Shown: positions 9,561-20,122 of the stretch, piece by piece
Layout of the letters: each line of letters begins with the position of its first letter
Position numbering within the stretch: position 1 is the stretch's first letter
From: a virus
Direction: 5' to 3' (one strand)
Length of the DNA: 64,000 bases
IMG/VR virus record: IMGVR_UViG_3300037461_001787
Coordinates: 45,278-109,277 of that record
The notes under the pieces: model-generated
Seen by the model: the letters and a program-made list of their open reading frames with translations, nothing else
What the model was told of the DNA's origin: nothing
The model's database searches: none
Made by a program: the position numbers and the translations under genes

Positions 9561-10396
9561 GCGTAAAGGTGCAAATGGTACAAGCGCTCATCCCGCCGGA
9601 ATTGGTTGCGGGGTTGAGCAAAGGCGCGATCAACACGGTGCTGGGCGATATTGCGGCTGGGGCGCGAGCGGAGTGGGTGCGCCTCGGCTCTGAAATCAAT
9701 TCGAGCTTTCGCAACGACTATATCCGCGGCATCCAACCGGTGCAGATGATGGAGGGCGTAGCAGTAGTGGCGCTGGTCGGAGCCGTTCCGCATATGCTGG
9801 AAGACGGGGCCCCAAAGACTGATTTGCGCGATACGTTGCTTGGCCCAAATGTTCCGATCGTGCCAGTTGGCGAGCGCGGCAAACATCAGAGCAAGCCAAA
9901 GGGCAAAAACGAAGAGGGCGGCCCTTACTTTTATCGGGCTATTCCGTTGCGGCATTCCACCCCAGGCACGACCAAGCAAATCGGCCAGCCAATGGGCTCT
10001 CCCTACGCCGGGCATGACGCGGTTGTGAATTCGAAAAAACTCGGCAAAACTGTCTATGCAGCGGCGAAGAAGCTCGCGCCTACTACGGGAATGCCGTATG
10101 GGGGCACAAGCTGGGGGGAAAAGCTCAATACGAGCGATTTTGGGATTCCGCTTCTGAAGCCCCACCACAAGAGCGATATCTACTCCGGCATGTACCGGAT
10201 GCAGAAAACCTATGAAGCGGCTACTCAAAATTACTACATGACTTTCCGCACCATTTCGACCCGCCCGCATCATCGGGATAGTTGGATTCGCAAGCCCTTC
10301 CCCGCGCGGCATTTGGCCAAACAAGTGGCGGCTTACGTCCAGAAAATCGCGCCAGCGGCTTTCCAGGCATACTATCAGGAGCAAGGCATCAAATGA
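9557..10396 (+). CDS. Neck / tail-completion protein
   Basis: MLEDG and YMTFRTIS...SWI motifs; synteny in neck cluster. Confidence 0.6.
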   Translation: MSVKVQMVQALIPPELVAGLSKGAINTVLGDIAAGARAEWVRLGSEINSSFRNDYIRGIQPVQMMEGVAVVALVGAVPHMLEDGAPKTDLRDTLLGPNVPIVPVGERGKHQSKPKGKNEEGGPYFYRAIPLRHSTPGTTKQIGQPMGSPYAGHDAVVNSKKLGKTVYAAAKKLAPTTGMPYGGTSWGEKLNTSDFGIPLLKPHHKSDIYSGMYRMQKTYEAATQNYYMTFRTISTRPHHRDSWIRKPFPARHLAKQVAAYVQKIAPAAFQAYYQEQGIK

Positions 10397-11085
10397 TCCA
10401 GCGTTATCTATACGATTTGCTCAAAGAAGGTTTTGACAAGATTACTCAAGATCCGCTTTTGATCGAAGACATCTTTCTGGACAATTTTGGATTGGCGGAA
10501 TCTGAGGTCAGGGCGATCAAGACCTTTTACGCTGCGCACCCGGTGTACATTGTCAACGGCTACGCCCGTCAGGACAATAGGTATCCTGTGATCGCCATCA
10601 CCTTGGGGTCCGAAGGAGAAGCGGAGACTGTTTTGGGCGACGACGCTGGAATGATCGATGATCCAGACGATCATTTGTACCAATGCGATGTCACCTCGGC
10701 ACTTTGGAAACATACCTACTTTCTAACGGTGATCTCTGAGCATCCAGACGTGACAGCCTACTACTACGAGATGGCCAAACCCATCTTGCTGGCTGGTCTG
10801 GAATGGTTGACCACCAAAGGGCTTTCAGACTTCAGCCTGTCAGGGGAAGAATTGTTGTTAGAACCAACGTACATGCCGGAGCATTTGTTCCTGCGGCGGC
10901 TCATCTTTACGGCTCAGCGCGAGTTGTGGCAACCGGATCGGAAATCGCGGTTGCTCAAGGCGTTCAAGGTGGGGGGCATTGCGGTTGACAAATCCGGGAG
11001 CCCGAGTGATGTTGGTGGGGTCAATACCAACGTAATTCCCTATCTTGACGACGGAGATGAGTCTGATGCCGGAGACCAAAGTTGA
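10393..11085 (+). CDS. Tail terminator-like protein
   Basis: ATG 10393 (ATGA overlap); YPVIAITLGSEGE...LGD; position before sheath. Confidence 0.6.
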   Translation: MIQRYLYDLLKEGFDKITQDPLLIEDIFLDNFGLAESEVRAIKTFYAAHPVYIVNGYARQDNRYPVIAITLGSEGEAETVLGDDAGMIDDPDDHLYQCDVTSALWKHTYFLTVISEHPDVTAYYYEMAKPILLAGLEWLTTKGLSDFSLSGEELLLEPTYMPEHLFLRRLIFTAQRELWQPDRKSRLLKAFKVGGIAVDKSGSPSDVGGVNTNVIPYLDDGDESDAGDQS

Positions 11086-11332
11086 AATTTCAGATCTGAA
11101 AGTTCCTGCCGATTCGGTCGGAGAGTCTGTTGTTGTTCCTACCGCGCCTGAGACTGTTGCGCCGCTACCCCGAGCCGCTGTGAGCTTTGAGGTTTGGGCC
11201 CGGTTGTCGGGCAAGCGCTTCGACCAATTGGCCGGATTCCGCAACCACGTCAAACGTGGGAAAATTGGCCCGCTGACCGTCTTGGGGTGGCGTGAAGCGT
11301 TCCAGAAATTCATGAGCACCCCCACCAAATAA
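11066..11332 (+). CDS. Small hypothetical protein preceding sheath
   Basis: GGAG 9 nt upstream of ATG; QLAGFR motif. Confidence 0.55.
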   Translation: MPETKVEISDLKVPADSVGESVVVPTAPETVAPLPRAAVSFEVWARLSGKRFDQLAGFRNHVKRGKIGPLTVLGWREAFQKFMSTPTK

Positions 11333-11342
11333 GGAGCGCGCG

Positions 11343-13649
11343 ATGGCGACCAGCATTTTCTTCAACGGCAGGTTGATCAGCGTCCCGGGCAGCTACTCCC
11401 AGATCGATGCATCGGGATTAGAGTCGGTGGGCCTGGGCGCTTCTGGCATCATCGGTGTGATTGGCACGGCTGAAGGCGGGAAGCCTGCCTCGGCGATGAC
11501 CGAGCCAAATGAATTCTTGCGGCTGACCAAACCGGAGAAAGGAAAGCAGTTGTTCCGCTCAGGTGATCTGCGCGAGGTGGCGGATATGCTGTTCGCACCT
11601 TCGAAGGATCCGGATATCCTGGCCGGCGCGCAAGAAGTGGTAGCCATGAAAGTGAACCCGGCTACCCAATCCGCAGCGACACTGATCAACAGCTACGGCG
11701 ATTCGATCGCACTTTCATCGATCGACTACGGGGCTTTCACCGGGCAGATCAATGTGTCCATCGATGACGGCACAACGCAGGGCAAGCTCATTACCATCAC
11801 GTTCGAGGATGTGGTTGAGGCCGGGGACGATATCGGCGGTAACGTATTTTGCAAATTGAAATACGTCAAGCCGACCAACGGCTGGGACACGATGACCTCG
11901 GAAGTGGAATCGAGCGGGGCCATTGTGGCGAAGGCCACTCGCGCTCAGTTGGGGCTCGATGGCGACATCACCAGCCAGCTTTCCAGCGACACGCTGGTGG
12001 ATATCGTCTCGGCATCTGCTGCCGACGTGGGGCTCTCGGCCATTGTCTATGGTCTCACTGCAGGTGGTGCGGCCCAGATCGAGACGCTGGTGCTCAATGG
12101 CACAACGGCGGTCAACGGTGCGCTGACCTTCAGCAAGGTGCTTGGCATCCGCATTATCGGCACCACGGTTGGCACGGTGACCCTGACCAAGCATACTGGT
12201 GGCGCGACGGTACTGACCGTCGCTGCCGGAGCAAACGCCACCAAGGGTTTGGGCAAGTTTGCCTCTGGCTACGTCGCCAATCTACCGGTGACCGCGGTTT
12301 CCAGTGGCGCCAGCACCAAACGGTTGCTGCTCATCGGATTGAGCACCTCCGGAGCGGTTCAGGTAGAAAAGCTGACGCTCACCGGCACCACTCCGGTGGT
12401 CGGCGCAGCAAACTTCTCCGAGCTGCAATATCTCGCGATGGGCGAGGTAGAAGCGGCGCAAACCATCACTCTTTCGGCCAATGCCGGACGAACTTCAATA
12501 GCGGTGCAATCGACGCTCCAGAAATGCGCCGATTACTACAACGCCCGCTACGCCTCCAGCGCGGGATTTGTCTTTACGCTGGTCACGGGAAAGACGAGTT
12601 TTTCCCCCCAAAATCTGGACGTGACCACAGGGGCTCAGGGGCCTGTGAGCTGTCTCTCCCCGGCAGAGCCCAGCTACTACGCGGACCTCTGGACTTGCAT
12701 TGATTGGATCAACACGCATTCGCAATACGTCTCTGCGGCGAAGGCCTCTGGGGCCAAGGGTGGCGCTCCGGCGAACACCACCACTCCCACGTTCTTGGCT
12801 GGTGGTGGGGAAGGCACCACTCTCTTTTCGCATTGGCAAAACGCGCTGAACCTGCTCAAAAAGGTGCGCGTCAATTCCATCGTGGTATTGACCGGAGATC
12901 CGGCGGTGCATGCTGCGCTCGATGCGCATTGCGCGTATATGTGCGGGATCGGGCGGAATGAACGCGACGGCTTCGTGGGTTTACTCAACGCGGGGCTCAC
13001 GGACGTGGCAACCAAGACAGAAGCCAAAAGCCAAGCGGTGGATCTGAACACACGGCACATCCGCGCTTTCCCTCAGTCGATCGAGCGTTACAACACTGCA
13101 GGGGAGCGAGAAGATTTTCTTCCCTATTTTACCGCGGCGATTGCTGCGGGCATGCAAGCGGGCGCGCCTCCAGGCACGTCGCTGACGTTCAAGTACGCCA
13201 ATGTCCTTGCGCTGCGCCAGGACAGTAGCTGGAATCCAGTGGATGACGCTGAGGAGATGATCCAGGGCGGTCTTTGCTTTCTGGAAAACATCGAAGGCGT
13301 GGGCCGGCGGTTTGTGCGCAACGTGACAACCCACCTTTCTTCCGACAATCTTGCTTTCATCGAAGGGTCGGTGAATGCAGCGGTGAACTTCGCTTGCTTC
13401 AATTTTCGGACAAATATGGAGATGGCGGTTGGCAAGCGCGGGTTTGCTGGCACCATCAATGCGGCCAAGGGAGTCGCGCTGAACGCGTTGGGGCTGTTGG
13501 TCGATTCCATCGTGTTGGTGGCTTGGCGGAGCTTGGGAATCGAATTGGCGGTTGATGTGCTCGATGTGGAAGTGGAGATAGCGCCCATCATCCCGGTCAA
13601 TTTTGTCAAAAACACGATCCACCTGGTGACGATCCGCCAGACGACATAA
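11343..13649 (+). CDS. Contractile tail sheath protein
   Basis: N-terminal VPGSYSQID...IIGVIGTAEGGKP; LAGGGEG; C-terminal SLTFK...VRNVTT...PIIPVNFV. Confidence 0.93.
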   Translation: MATSIFFNGRLISVPGSYSQIDASGLESVGLGASGIIGVIGTAEGGKPASAMTEPNEFLRLTKPEKGKQLFRSGDLREVADMLFAPSKDPDILAGAQEVVAMKVNPATQSAATLINSYGDSIALSSIDYGAFTGQINVSIDDGTTQGKLITITFEDVVEAGDDIGGNVFCKLKYVKPTNGWDTMTSEVESSGAIVAKATRAQLGLDGDITSQLSSDTLVDIVSASAADVGLSAIVYGLTAGGAAQIETLVLNGTTAVNGALTFSKVLGIRIIGTTVGTVTLTKHTGGATVLTVAAGANATKGLGKFASGYVANLPVTAVSSGASTKRLLLIGLSTSGAVQVEKLTLTGTTPVVGAANFSELQYLAMGEVEAAQTITLSANAGRTSIAVQSTLQKCADYYNARYASSAGFVFTLVTGKTSFSPQNLDVTTGAQGPVSCLSPAEPSYYADLWTCIDWINTHSQYVSAAKASGAKGGAPANTTTPTFLAGGGEGTTLFSHWQNALNLLKKVRVNSIVVLTGDPAVHAALDAHCAYMCGIGRNERDGFVGLLNAGLTDVATKTEAKSQAVDLNTRHIRAFPQSIERYNTAGEREDFLPYFTAAIAAGMQAGAPPGTSLTFKYANVLALRQDSSWNPVDDAEEMIQGGLCFLENIEGVGRRFVRNVTTHLSSDNLAFIEGSVNAAVNFACFNFRTNMEMAVGKRGFAGTINAAKGVALNALGLLVDSIVLVAWRSLGIELAVDVLDVEVEIAPIIPVNFVKNTIHLVTIRQTT

Positions 13650-13659
13650 GGAGTGATTC

Positions 13660-14109
13660 ATGGCTGCCAAAGGAAATCTTTTCACCGGTGCAAGGGCTCG
13701 ATTTCTGATTGAAGGTGTCAAAGTCGGCTACGCAACCAGTGTCGCCATCACCGAAGAGATCGAATATCAGCCAGTTGAAGTGCTCGACAACATCGAGGTG
13801 GAGGAACACGTCCCGGTGGCGTATCGAGTGCGATTTTCCGCGCGGAAGTTTCGGATTGTTGGCGAGACGCTCAAAAGCAGGGGCTGGTTCCCTGCCACCG
13901 GAAAGAATACGGACGAGCACCTGGCGAACATCCTTGACGCGGGGGTGCTTTCGGCGCAGATTGAAGACACCAAGACAAGCAAAGTCATCAGCTACCTGGA
14001 TCAGGTGAAGATCGCCAGCCACAATTGGACGGTGGACGCTCGCGGGATTGTGGGCGAGGATGTAGAATTCGTCGCCATCAGGACCAAAGACGAAAGCGAG
14101 TTGGTCTGA
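13660..14109 (+). CDS. Tail tube protein
   Basis: 149 aa directly after sheath; FTGARA...KVGYA...EYQPVEVLDNIEVEEHVPVAY. Confidence 0.85.
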   Translation: MAAKGNLFTGARARFLIEGVKVGYATSVAITEEIEYQPVEVLDNIEVEEHVPVAYRVRFSARKFRIVGETLKSRGWFPATGKNTDEHLANILDAGVLSAQIEDTKTSKVISYLDQVKIASHNWTVDARGIVGEDVEFVAIRTKDESELV

Positions 14110-14142
14110 GACAGAATGCTCGGGCCTATAGTCTGAGCGAGT

Positions 14143-14191
14143 AAAGGGCCCTGGATGTCTCCCCCCCGCATCCGGCGGCCCTTTCTTTTTT
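14143..14191 (+). terminator. Rho-independent terminator after tail tube gene
   Basis: AAAGGGCC-CTGGATG...CATCCGG-C-GGCCCTTT stem followed by CTTTTTT. Confidence 0.75.
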
Positions 14192-14255
14192 GAGGGATTG
14201 CTCTCTCCCAGCGCATCTCGTATTCTCAGCGCAGACCCCAGGAAGGAGAGCGAGC

Positions 14256-14783
14256 ATGGCTGATAAGATTGGAATCCCCCCAGGTACGTATGAGAAGTTG
14301 ACCAAACCGGAGCATCTTCGTTCCATGATTCCAGAGGAGTTGGAAACCATCAAGGAGGCCATTGGCCGCAGAATGGAAAGCTTGGCAGAAGGCGTTCCAG
14401 AAAACGAAAAGGAAGCTGACAATCCACGATTGCAACGCGAGTATACTTTTGATTTTCGCTGGAAGGATGGACGGGGCAAAGTCTGGACAGGGAGCTTTAC
14501 CAACCGCGTGCTCAGTATCCGTGATCGGCAGTTGATGGGGATCATGCGTTCCAATTTAGGCGCGGGAATATCTCCAACGAATCTTGATGGGCTCACCGCT
14601 GAAATCAATCTGATGGTAGCGCATCTATCTTTCAGTTTGGTTTCTCGGCCCAAGTGGGCTGAGGATTTGCTCGCGCTCGATGATGTCCGGCTGCTGCAAG
14701 AGATCTACACGGAGGTGGTCTCGCACGAGTCTACCTTTCTCGGATATGCGAAAAGTTCGCTATCGAGCGGAGCGGGAAGTTGA
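14256..14783 (+). CDS. Tail assembly chaperone
   Basis: Lies between tube and tape measure; ends ...HESTFL; strong RBS. Confidence 0.7.
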   Translation: MADKIGIPPGTYEKLTKPEHLRSMIPEELETIKEAIGRRMESLAEGVPENEKEADNPRLQREYTFDFRWKDGRGKVWTGSFTNRVLSIRDRQLMGIMRSNLGAGISPTNLDGLTAEINLMVAHLSFSLVSRPKWAEDLLALDDVRLLQEIYTEVVSHESTFLGYAKSSLSSGAGS

Positions 14784-15093
14784 ATCGGGGCTGGCCGGAC
14801 TAAAGCGCTGGTGGAGCGGGAAGTACAAGTTACCGCCCAATCATGCGCTATTTCTGGAACAGAGTGTGTCTGAGCTGAACCAGGAAATGATCGAGGATCT
14901 ACTGACGCGCAAGCGCGAGATTCTTTCAGCGCTGGAAAACGACGAGTTGTCGATGAAAGAGCAGCAGGAGTTGAGCCGGCAGATGCGCGCGATATTGTCT
15001 GCGCTCGGCGACCCAGTTGAGACGGAAGATGCGTTGGTTGATCAATGGGAGCGCGATCTGGAAGAAGGGCGCATACCTGATCTGGAGGCATAG
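14746..15093 (+). CDS. Second tail assembly chaperone ORF (possibly reached by +1 frameshift)
   Basis: Overlaps previous ORF in the +1 frame; WWSGKYKLPPNH motif. Confidence 0.6.
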   Translation: MRKVRYRAEREVESGLAGLKRWWSGKYKLPPNHALFLEQSVSELNQEMIEDLLTRKREILSALENDELSMKEQQELSRQMRAILSALGDPVETEDALVDQWERDLEEGRIPDLEA

Positions 15094-15095
15094 CG

Positions 15096-17456
15096 ATGGC
15101 AGGCGAGATCCGTACCGGGGTAGTCATTGCCGCTGAAGCGCAGGGCTTTGATGAAGCGCTCCAGAAAATCCTCAAAGTCAATGAGTCAACGCTCAAGGGC
15201 ATGAAGGAACAAGCCAAGAGCTACGACGAAGCTCAGGCAAAGATTTTGGGACTTGAGGGCCAAATCGGAAAGCTCGCCAAAACCCAAGCCTCACTCTATG
15301 AATCGATGAGTGGGATCAAGGACAAATCTTCTGCGGCCTACAAAGCTCTGGCCGAAAGCCTGAAGGACGTGCAGGGGCAGTCGGCAGATCTGGAAGGGGC
15401 GGTCAAAAATCTGGAAAAGGCCTACGCCGCTGAAGCGCGTGCGGTGAAAGAATTGAACCGCGCGGAAGAGCAGTTGGCCAAGACGGAAGAACGGCGCCAG
15501 CAGAACGCTGCCAGAGAGCAAGAGCGCGAGGATCAGAAGCGCAGTCAAGCGGAACAGCAGGGCAAGTGGGCTTTCACCCAGGGCTTCGCGCAGACCGCAA
15601 CCCCTTGGATGGCGCCATTGTTTCTGCAGCGCGGCCCAGGATTTTTGCGCCAAGCCGCGGGGCAGATGACTGGCGCTGCGGTACGCGGGGGGCTGCAGCG
15701 CGCCGGGGCTTTTGGGGGTGCAGTATTGCAAGCGCCATTTCAAGGCGCGCAAGGGTTAGCGAGCATGATGGGGGCGCTGCCCATCCCAGGCGCTGGAATT
15801 CTCGGCGGGCTGATGGGCACTGCGACCGGATATGCCGGGCGAGCGATGGAGTGGCATCGGCAACGGCTTGAAGCGCTCCCGTATATCGGCGGCGGGCTTG
15901 AGATGGGCCAAGGGCGCGGAACGTTGGATGCGCGAACCCAATCAATCCAGAAACAGTTCAATCTGGAATACAATGCCGCAGAGAAGACAGCGATTCGAGC
16001 GACAAGTGCTGCCCGAGCGTGGGATAAAATTGGTGGAGCAGCTAGTCTTTTGCCCCTGAACATAAGCGGATCACTTCCAGAAAACATCGATCGGCTCGCA
16101 GGGAGAGGGCCTGGGTTTCGTGATGCAAATAAAAGACTGCGGAGCGCCAAGCTTGCCGAGATAGAAGCCAGGAAAAAGTATCCCCTGGAATCATTGTTAG
16201 CACCCGTTCGCAAAAGAGCCGAGGTTGGGCTGGAAGCGGTGCGCGCAGAACGCGGGCAGCTCAACGCGCGATATCAAGAGCCTTACTACGCTGCTCAGCG
16301 CGAAGGCCTCCAGTTCGGCATGGCCAAAGATCAGGCGCTCCAAGCGATGACTGCAATCATTCGCGGAGGCGGTGGTGGCGGGCGCGAAATGCTGAGCCAA
16401 GGCATGCTCCAGACCGGATTTGCCGCGCAGACTCTTTTCGGGATCGGTCCTGAGACTTCTGGCGCGTTCCTGCAAGCGGGGCGTCGTGGAGGTATTGTTG
16501 GGGGTCCAGGGAGAGCCGACCAGCTGATGACGCAAGCGCTTGCTGATGGTCTCAAACTCGGGCTGGAAGGCAGTGAGCTAGTCGATTACATGCAGTCGAT
16601 GGCCGAGGGCATCCAGCAATGGGAGACCACGGGTATCCCGATCGCTCCAGACGCCATCAAGGCCATGGCTACGAGCTTTTCGCAAGCGGGAATTTCTGGA
16701 ACCCGGGCAGCACAGATGGCGCGTGGGGCGGCAGGTTATATCCAGAATATTGGGGCCCGGGGCCCGCAGGGCGGGCTTGATCTAATGCTGCTTAACAAGA
16801 TGGGCGGTTACACTGGCGTGGGCGGTGCCGCGGAATATGAGAGAGCCGTGCTCCAGATGGAGGATCTGGGTGGAAAATTGCGGGAAGGTGGAGTAGGTGC
16901 AGTGGGAGCGGACAAAGGGTTGAGCGACACCATGCGCTCGATCATGGAGATGGGTGGAGGGGGCGCGACCGGCCGGTTTTTCTTGCGCAGTGTGCTCGGC
17001 AAACAGATGGGCATCCAGATGGGGCAGCGTGAAATAGGGTTACTGGAGAAGCAGCTCACCGGCGGGAAGCTCACTCCCGAAGAACAAAAGTACGTGGATG
17101 CGGAGGCCGCTCGGCGGGCTGAAGGAGAAGGGCGTGCAGGAATAGTCGGCACACCAGGAGGGCTTATCAAGACCGCAAAAGGTGCCGTTCCGGGAGATTT
17201 GCGCTCCCAGGCCGCTATCCAGAATCAACAGATTGCCGCTGGCGAGCAGATGATTGGAATCGTGAACCGCATGGACAAAGCTGCAGTAGATCTCGTCAAA
17301 GCATTTGCCAATCTTGCTGGGGATAGTGGGATCATCGCGGATTTGACCAAAAAGTTCGAAAATTTTGGAGAGGCAATCGAAAAGGCGACTGGACAGAGAG
17401 ATGTAACTTTCGGTGACGTTTGGGAAGCTGGAAAACAAGCGTTGGGACTGAATTGA
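15096..17456 (+). CDS. Tape measure protein
   Basis: 786 aa, Ala/Gly/Gln-rich and helical, directly after the chaperones. Confidence 0.8.
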   Translation: MAGEIRTGVVIAAEAQGFDEALQKILKVNESTLKGMKEQAKSYDEAQAKILGLEGQIGKLAKTQASLYESMSGIKDKSSAAYKALAESLKDVQGQSADLEGAVKNLEKAYAAEARAVKELNRAEEQLAKTEERRQQNAAREQEREDQKRSQAEQQGKWAFTQGFAQTATPWMAPLFLQRGPGFLRQAAGQMTGAAVRGGLQRAGAFGGAVLQAPFQGAQGLASMMGALPIPGAGILGGLMGTATGYAGRAMEWHRQRLEALPYIGGGLEMGQGRGTLDARTQSIQKQFNLEYNAAEKTAIRATSAARAWDKIGGAASLLPLNISGSLPENIDRLAGRGPGFRDANKRLRSAKLAEIEARKKYPLESLLAPVRKRAEVGLEAVRAERGQLNARYQEPYYAAQREGLQFGMAKDQALQAMTAIIRGGGGGGREMLSQGMLQTGFAAQTLFGIGPETSGAFLQAGRRGGIVGGPGRADQLMTQALADGLKLGLEGSELVDYMQSMAEGIQQWETTGIPIAPDAIKAMATSFSQAGISGTRAAQMARGAAGYIQNIGARGPQGGLDLMLLNKMGGYTGVGGAAEYERAVLQMEDLGGKLREGGVGAVGADKGLSDTMRSIMEMGGGGATGRFFLRSVLGKQMGIQMGQREIGLLEKQLTGGKLTPEEQKYVDAEAARRAEGEGRAGIVGTPGGLIKTAKGAVPGDLRSQAAIQNQQIAAGEQMIGIVNRMDKAAVDLVKAFANLAGDSGIIADLTKKFENFGEAIEKATGQRDVTFGDVWEAGKQALGLN

Positions 17457-17457
17457 C

Positions 17458-18957
17458 ATGGCCAACGTTTATAAAACTGGATATCAAGGCAGTGAGACCA
17501 GCTGGGTGGAGGTCATTCTTTACTCGCATGGCGATGATCCGTTGGTCATGCTGCCGGATGGAATGGGCCGATATCCATTTTCTGGAAAACGCGCAGACTC
17601 AAGGCACCCATCGCTGGTCTCGGTATCGACGCAAAAGATGCTTGGAGCTGCGAGCGGCTCTTTTACGATCGACATCAAACCGTCGCTTGCGGCAGCGAAC
17701 CTTTTTCAACATATCTGCGATGACGACTGGGTGGACATTGTTTTCTACCGCCACTCTCAGCCGTGGCATGTGATGCGCGGGTTGATTGACGAAATTAGAC
17801 GCAACCGTTCGGTGGGGGGCTCTGGGGCGACAACGCGAAGCTACACGCTCACGGGGCGGGATTTTGCCAAGATTTGGGAGATCACCCCGGTGTGGTTTTC
17901 ACCTTGTGGTGATAAGGACATGGTTTCTGATGCGTGGGCTACGATGATTTTTCAAGCGATCCCGAGTTTGCGCGGAACGCCGCCGGAGGCAGTCAAAGCG
18001 TTTCTCTGGAATTTTATGGAGGCAGTGACGGTCACTGCGGGGGTCAATTGGGAGATGCCTGCAGGCATGCCCAATGGGGGTGGATCATTTTTGAAATGGG
18101 TGCAGTTCAATGACAATCACTACTATAACACCCCTGCGCGAAAGTCTTTCAATCCAAATTTTCTGGACCCGAATAACACTCTTTGGGCGACGGCACAACA
18201 GCATGCTGATCCAGCGTTTGTTGAGGTCTACGCGGACATGCTGCCGGATGGCGGGCCATTTGATGCGCGCTTGCAATCGGGGGAACCCCTTGCTCCAAAA
18301 GATGCGCGAATGACTGTGGTGGTGCGCGATCGGCCTTTTCCTGTGGTGGACCCATTGATCGATTCCTGGCCGATCAGTTGGGACGCGGTGCCGCAGTTCA
18401 CGGTGTTTCGACAGCAAATCGTCACTGACAATGTGGGGCGCTCGGGATTGGAGCGATTCAATGCTTTCTTTGTCGCTAGTCAGCTTCATCAAGAGGCTTT
18501 TGGCCAAAATTCACTCAACATTCTCACTCCGCTGGTAGACTTCCAGTCGCTGCATCGGCATGGGTTGCGACGTTTTGATGTGCAGTCTTCGATGAGCCCT
18601 GATCAGCTCGACTTCTCCAAACTTTGTGAACAACAGCGGCGAATTGCAAAAGATTGGCATTGTTTGAATCCATACTTTTTATCAGGAACCATCAATCTTG
18701 GTATTGGGAGACCGGATATCAAGATCGGCTGTAAGGTGCGTATTCCTGGTGAGCACGGGGAACGTGATCAAGAAACCTATTACATCGAATCGGTGGGGCA
18801 CAACTGGCGCTTTGGTCAGGGCATACGCACTGCGCTGGGCGTCACTCGGGGGTGGATGGGTTCGGATCAATCGATGGTAGCAGCTCTCCAGCAAATGTCG
18901 GCCCGCTACCAGGAACCACAGTTGTTGACGGACGTTTCTTGGTTACAATGGCAATGA
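17458..18957 (+). CDS. Baseplate hub protein (T4 gp27 / P2 gpD-like)
   Basis: GSFTI...MRGLIDEI...LTGRDFAK; C-terminal SGTI...GRPDIKIG...YYIESVGHNW...T.LGVTRG. Confidence 0.75.
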   Translation: MANVYKTGYQGSETSWVEVILYSHGDDPLVMLPDGMGRYPFSGKRADSRHPSLVSVSTQKMLGAASGSFTIDIKPSLAAANLFQHICDDDWVDIVFYRHSQPWHVMRGLIDEIRRNRSVGGSGATTRSYTLTGRDFAKIWEITPVWFSPCGDKDMVSDAWATMIFQAIPSLRGTPPEAVKAFLWNFMEAVTVTAGVNWEMPAGMPNGGGSFLKWVQFNDNHYYNTPARKSFNPNFLDPNNTLWATAQQHADPAFVEVYADMLPDGGPFDARLQSGEPLAPKDARMTVVVRDRPFPVVDPLIDSWPISWDAVPQFTVFRQQIVTDNVGRSGLERFNAFFVASQLHQEAFGQNSLNILTPLVDFQSLHRHGLRRFDVQSSMSPDQLDFSKLCEQQRRIAKDWHCLNPYFLSGTINLGIGRPDIKIGCKVRIPGEHGERDQETYYIESVGHNWRFGQGIRTALGVTRGWMGSDQSMVAALQQMSARYQEPQLLTDVSWLQWQ

Positions 18958-18964
18958 GGTAAGT

Positions 18965-20026
18965 ATGGGTACTGAAGATACATATAAGTCTGTGCGTACT
19001 CGGGCTGGCACTTTGTTGCAGTCAGCTGTCCCGAAGCGCCAAATTGGGGCGCTGCGGGCCAATGGGCTGCTTCTGCGTGGGGTGGTGACCGCTACCTATG
19101 TCCTGGACGACCCCCACCATCCCTATGCCTCTGAGGGCGCGCTACAGCCGGGGGATAAGGGGGCTACTCCAGTCGGGGTTTACTGCGATGTGCTCCTTTT
19201 CCCTTCCATCCCTGGCCAACGTTGGGTTGGGTTGACCAATGTGATGGTCATGCAGGAAGGTGGATCGGGATTGCACGCAGGCAGAATCTGGATGCCCCGG
19301 CCTTCACGAGTGGACTTGCATCAAGGGATTTGCCCGACCTCGGACCCGGCGTACATGGACGGGGATCATGTCATTGTCGGATTCCTGAATGATTCTATGG
19401 AAATGCCGGTAATTTTGGGCGCTCTTCCCCACCCGGTGCTCGATTTGGGCAGACGAGACGAGGACCTCGGAGTGCGGATGGGGGTGAAGCTGGCTGATGG
19501 GAACCCTGATTTGCGCCGGCACAATGGGGTGCACTGGGGCGTCGATGGGTTGGGAAATTGGCTGCTTGATACCCGGAGAGCTGGTGATGGCAGTCTGGAG
19601 CAGGATGGCACTGAGAAGCTCTATCCGACAGATGCCACCAAGGGGAATCAGACACTCAATCTGCCCAAAGAGGCCAAGCTGCAGGTGGCCATCTACGACA
19701 TGGATGATCCAGATAACCCTACTGAACTTGCCAGGTTAGTGTTCCAGAAAACGGGTTTAGAAGTAACTCTGGAAGGAGATCCGGAGTGGCGAGTGGAAGG
19801 CAGTGCGGAGACAGCCAAACTCATTCTTGGTGATGGGGCAGTCCAGGTGGCGATAGCTGACCACTTGAAAACACTGTACAATTCGTTGAAATCAAAGCTA
19901 GATGCCTTTGACGCGCATGTACACCCACATCCGCAGGGGCCCACATCGGCGACGACTACGCCGATTGCAGCGCCAGAATGGGATGAGGGTATAGAGTCAA
20001 ATCATTTACTAATTCCAGATGGTTAG
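18965..20026 (+). CDS. Central spike protein (gpV / gp5-like)
   Basis: GDHVIVGFL...PVILGALPH OB-fold motif; C-terminal HVHPH (HxH metal-binding apex). Confidence 0.8.
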   Translation: MGTEDTYKSVRTRAGTLLQSAVPKRQIGALRANGLLLRGVVTATYVLDDPHHPYASEGALQPGDKGATPVGVYCDVLLFPSIPGQRWVGLTNVMVMQEGGSGLHAGRIWMPRPSRVDLHQGICPTSDPAYMDGDHVIVGFLNDSMEMPVILGALPHPVLDLGRRDEDLGVRMGVKLADGNPDLRRHNGVHWGVDGLGNWLLDTRRAGDGSLEQDGTEKLYPTDATKGNQTLNLPKEAKLQVAIYDMDDPDNPTELARLVFQKTGLEVTLEGDPEWRVEGSAETAKLILGDGAVQVAIADHLKTLYNSLKSKLDAFDAHVHPHPQGPTSATTTPIAAPEWDEGIESNHLLIPDG

Positions 20027-20122
20027 CACGGATATGGTTATCATTGCCTTTACAGCGCGGTATCACTCGGTATATTGGAATGACCTTGGTTGTGGGGCCA
20101 TTCTAGTTGCCCGATGCTGTTT

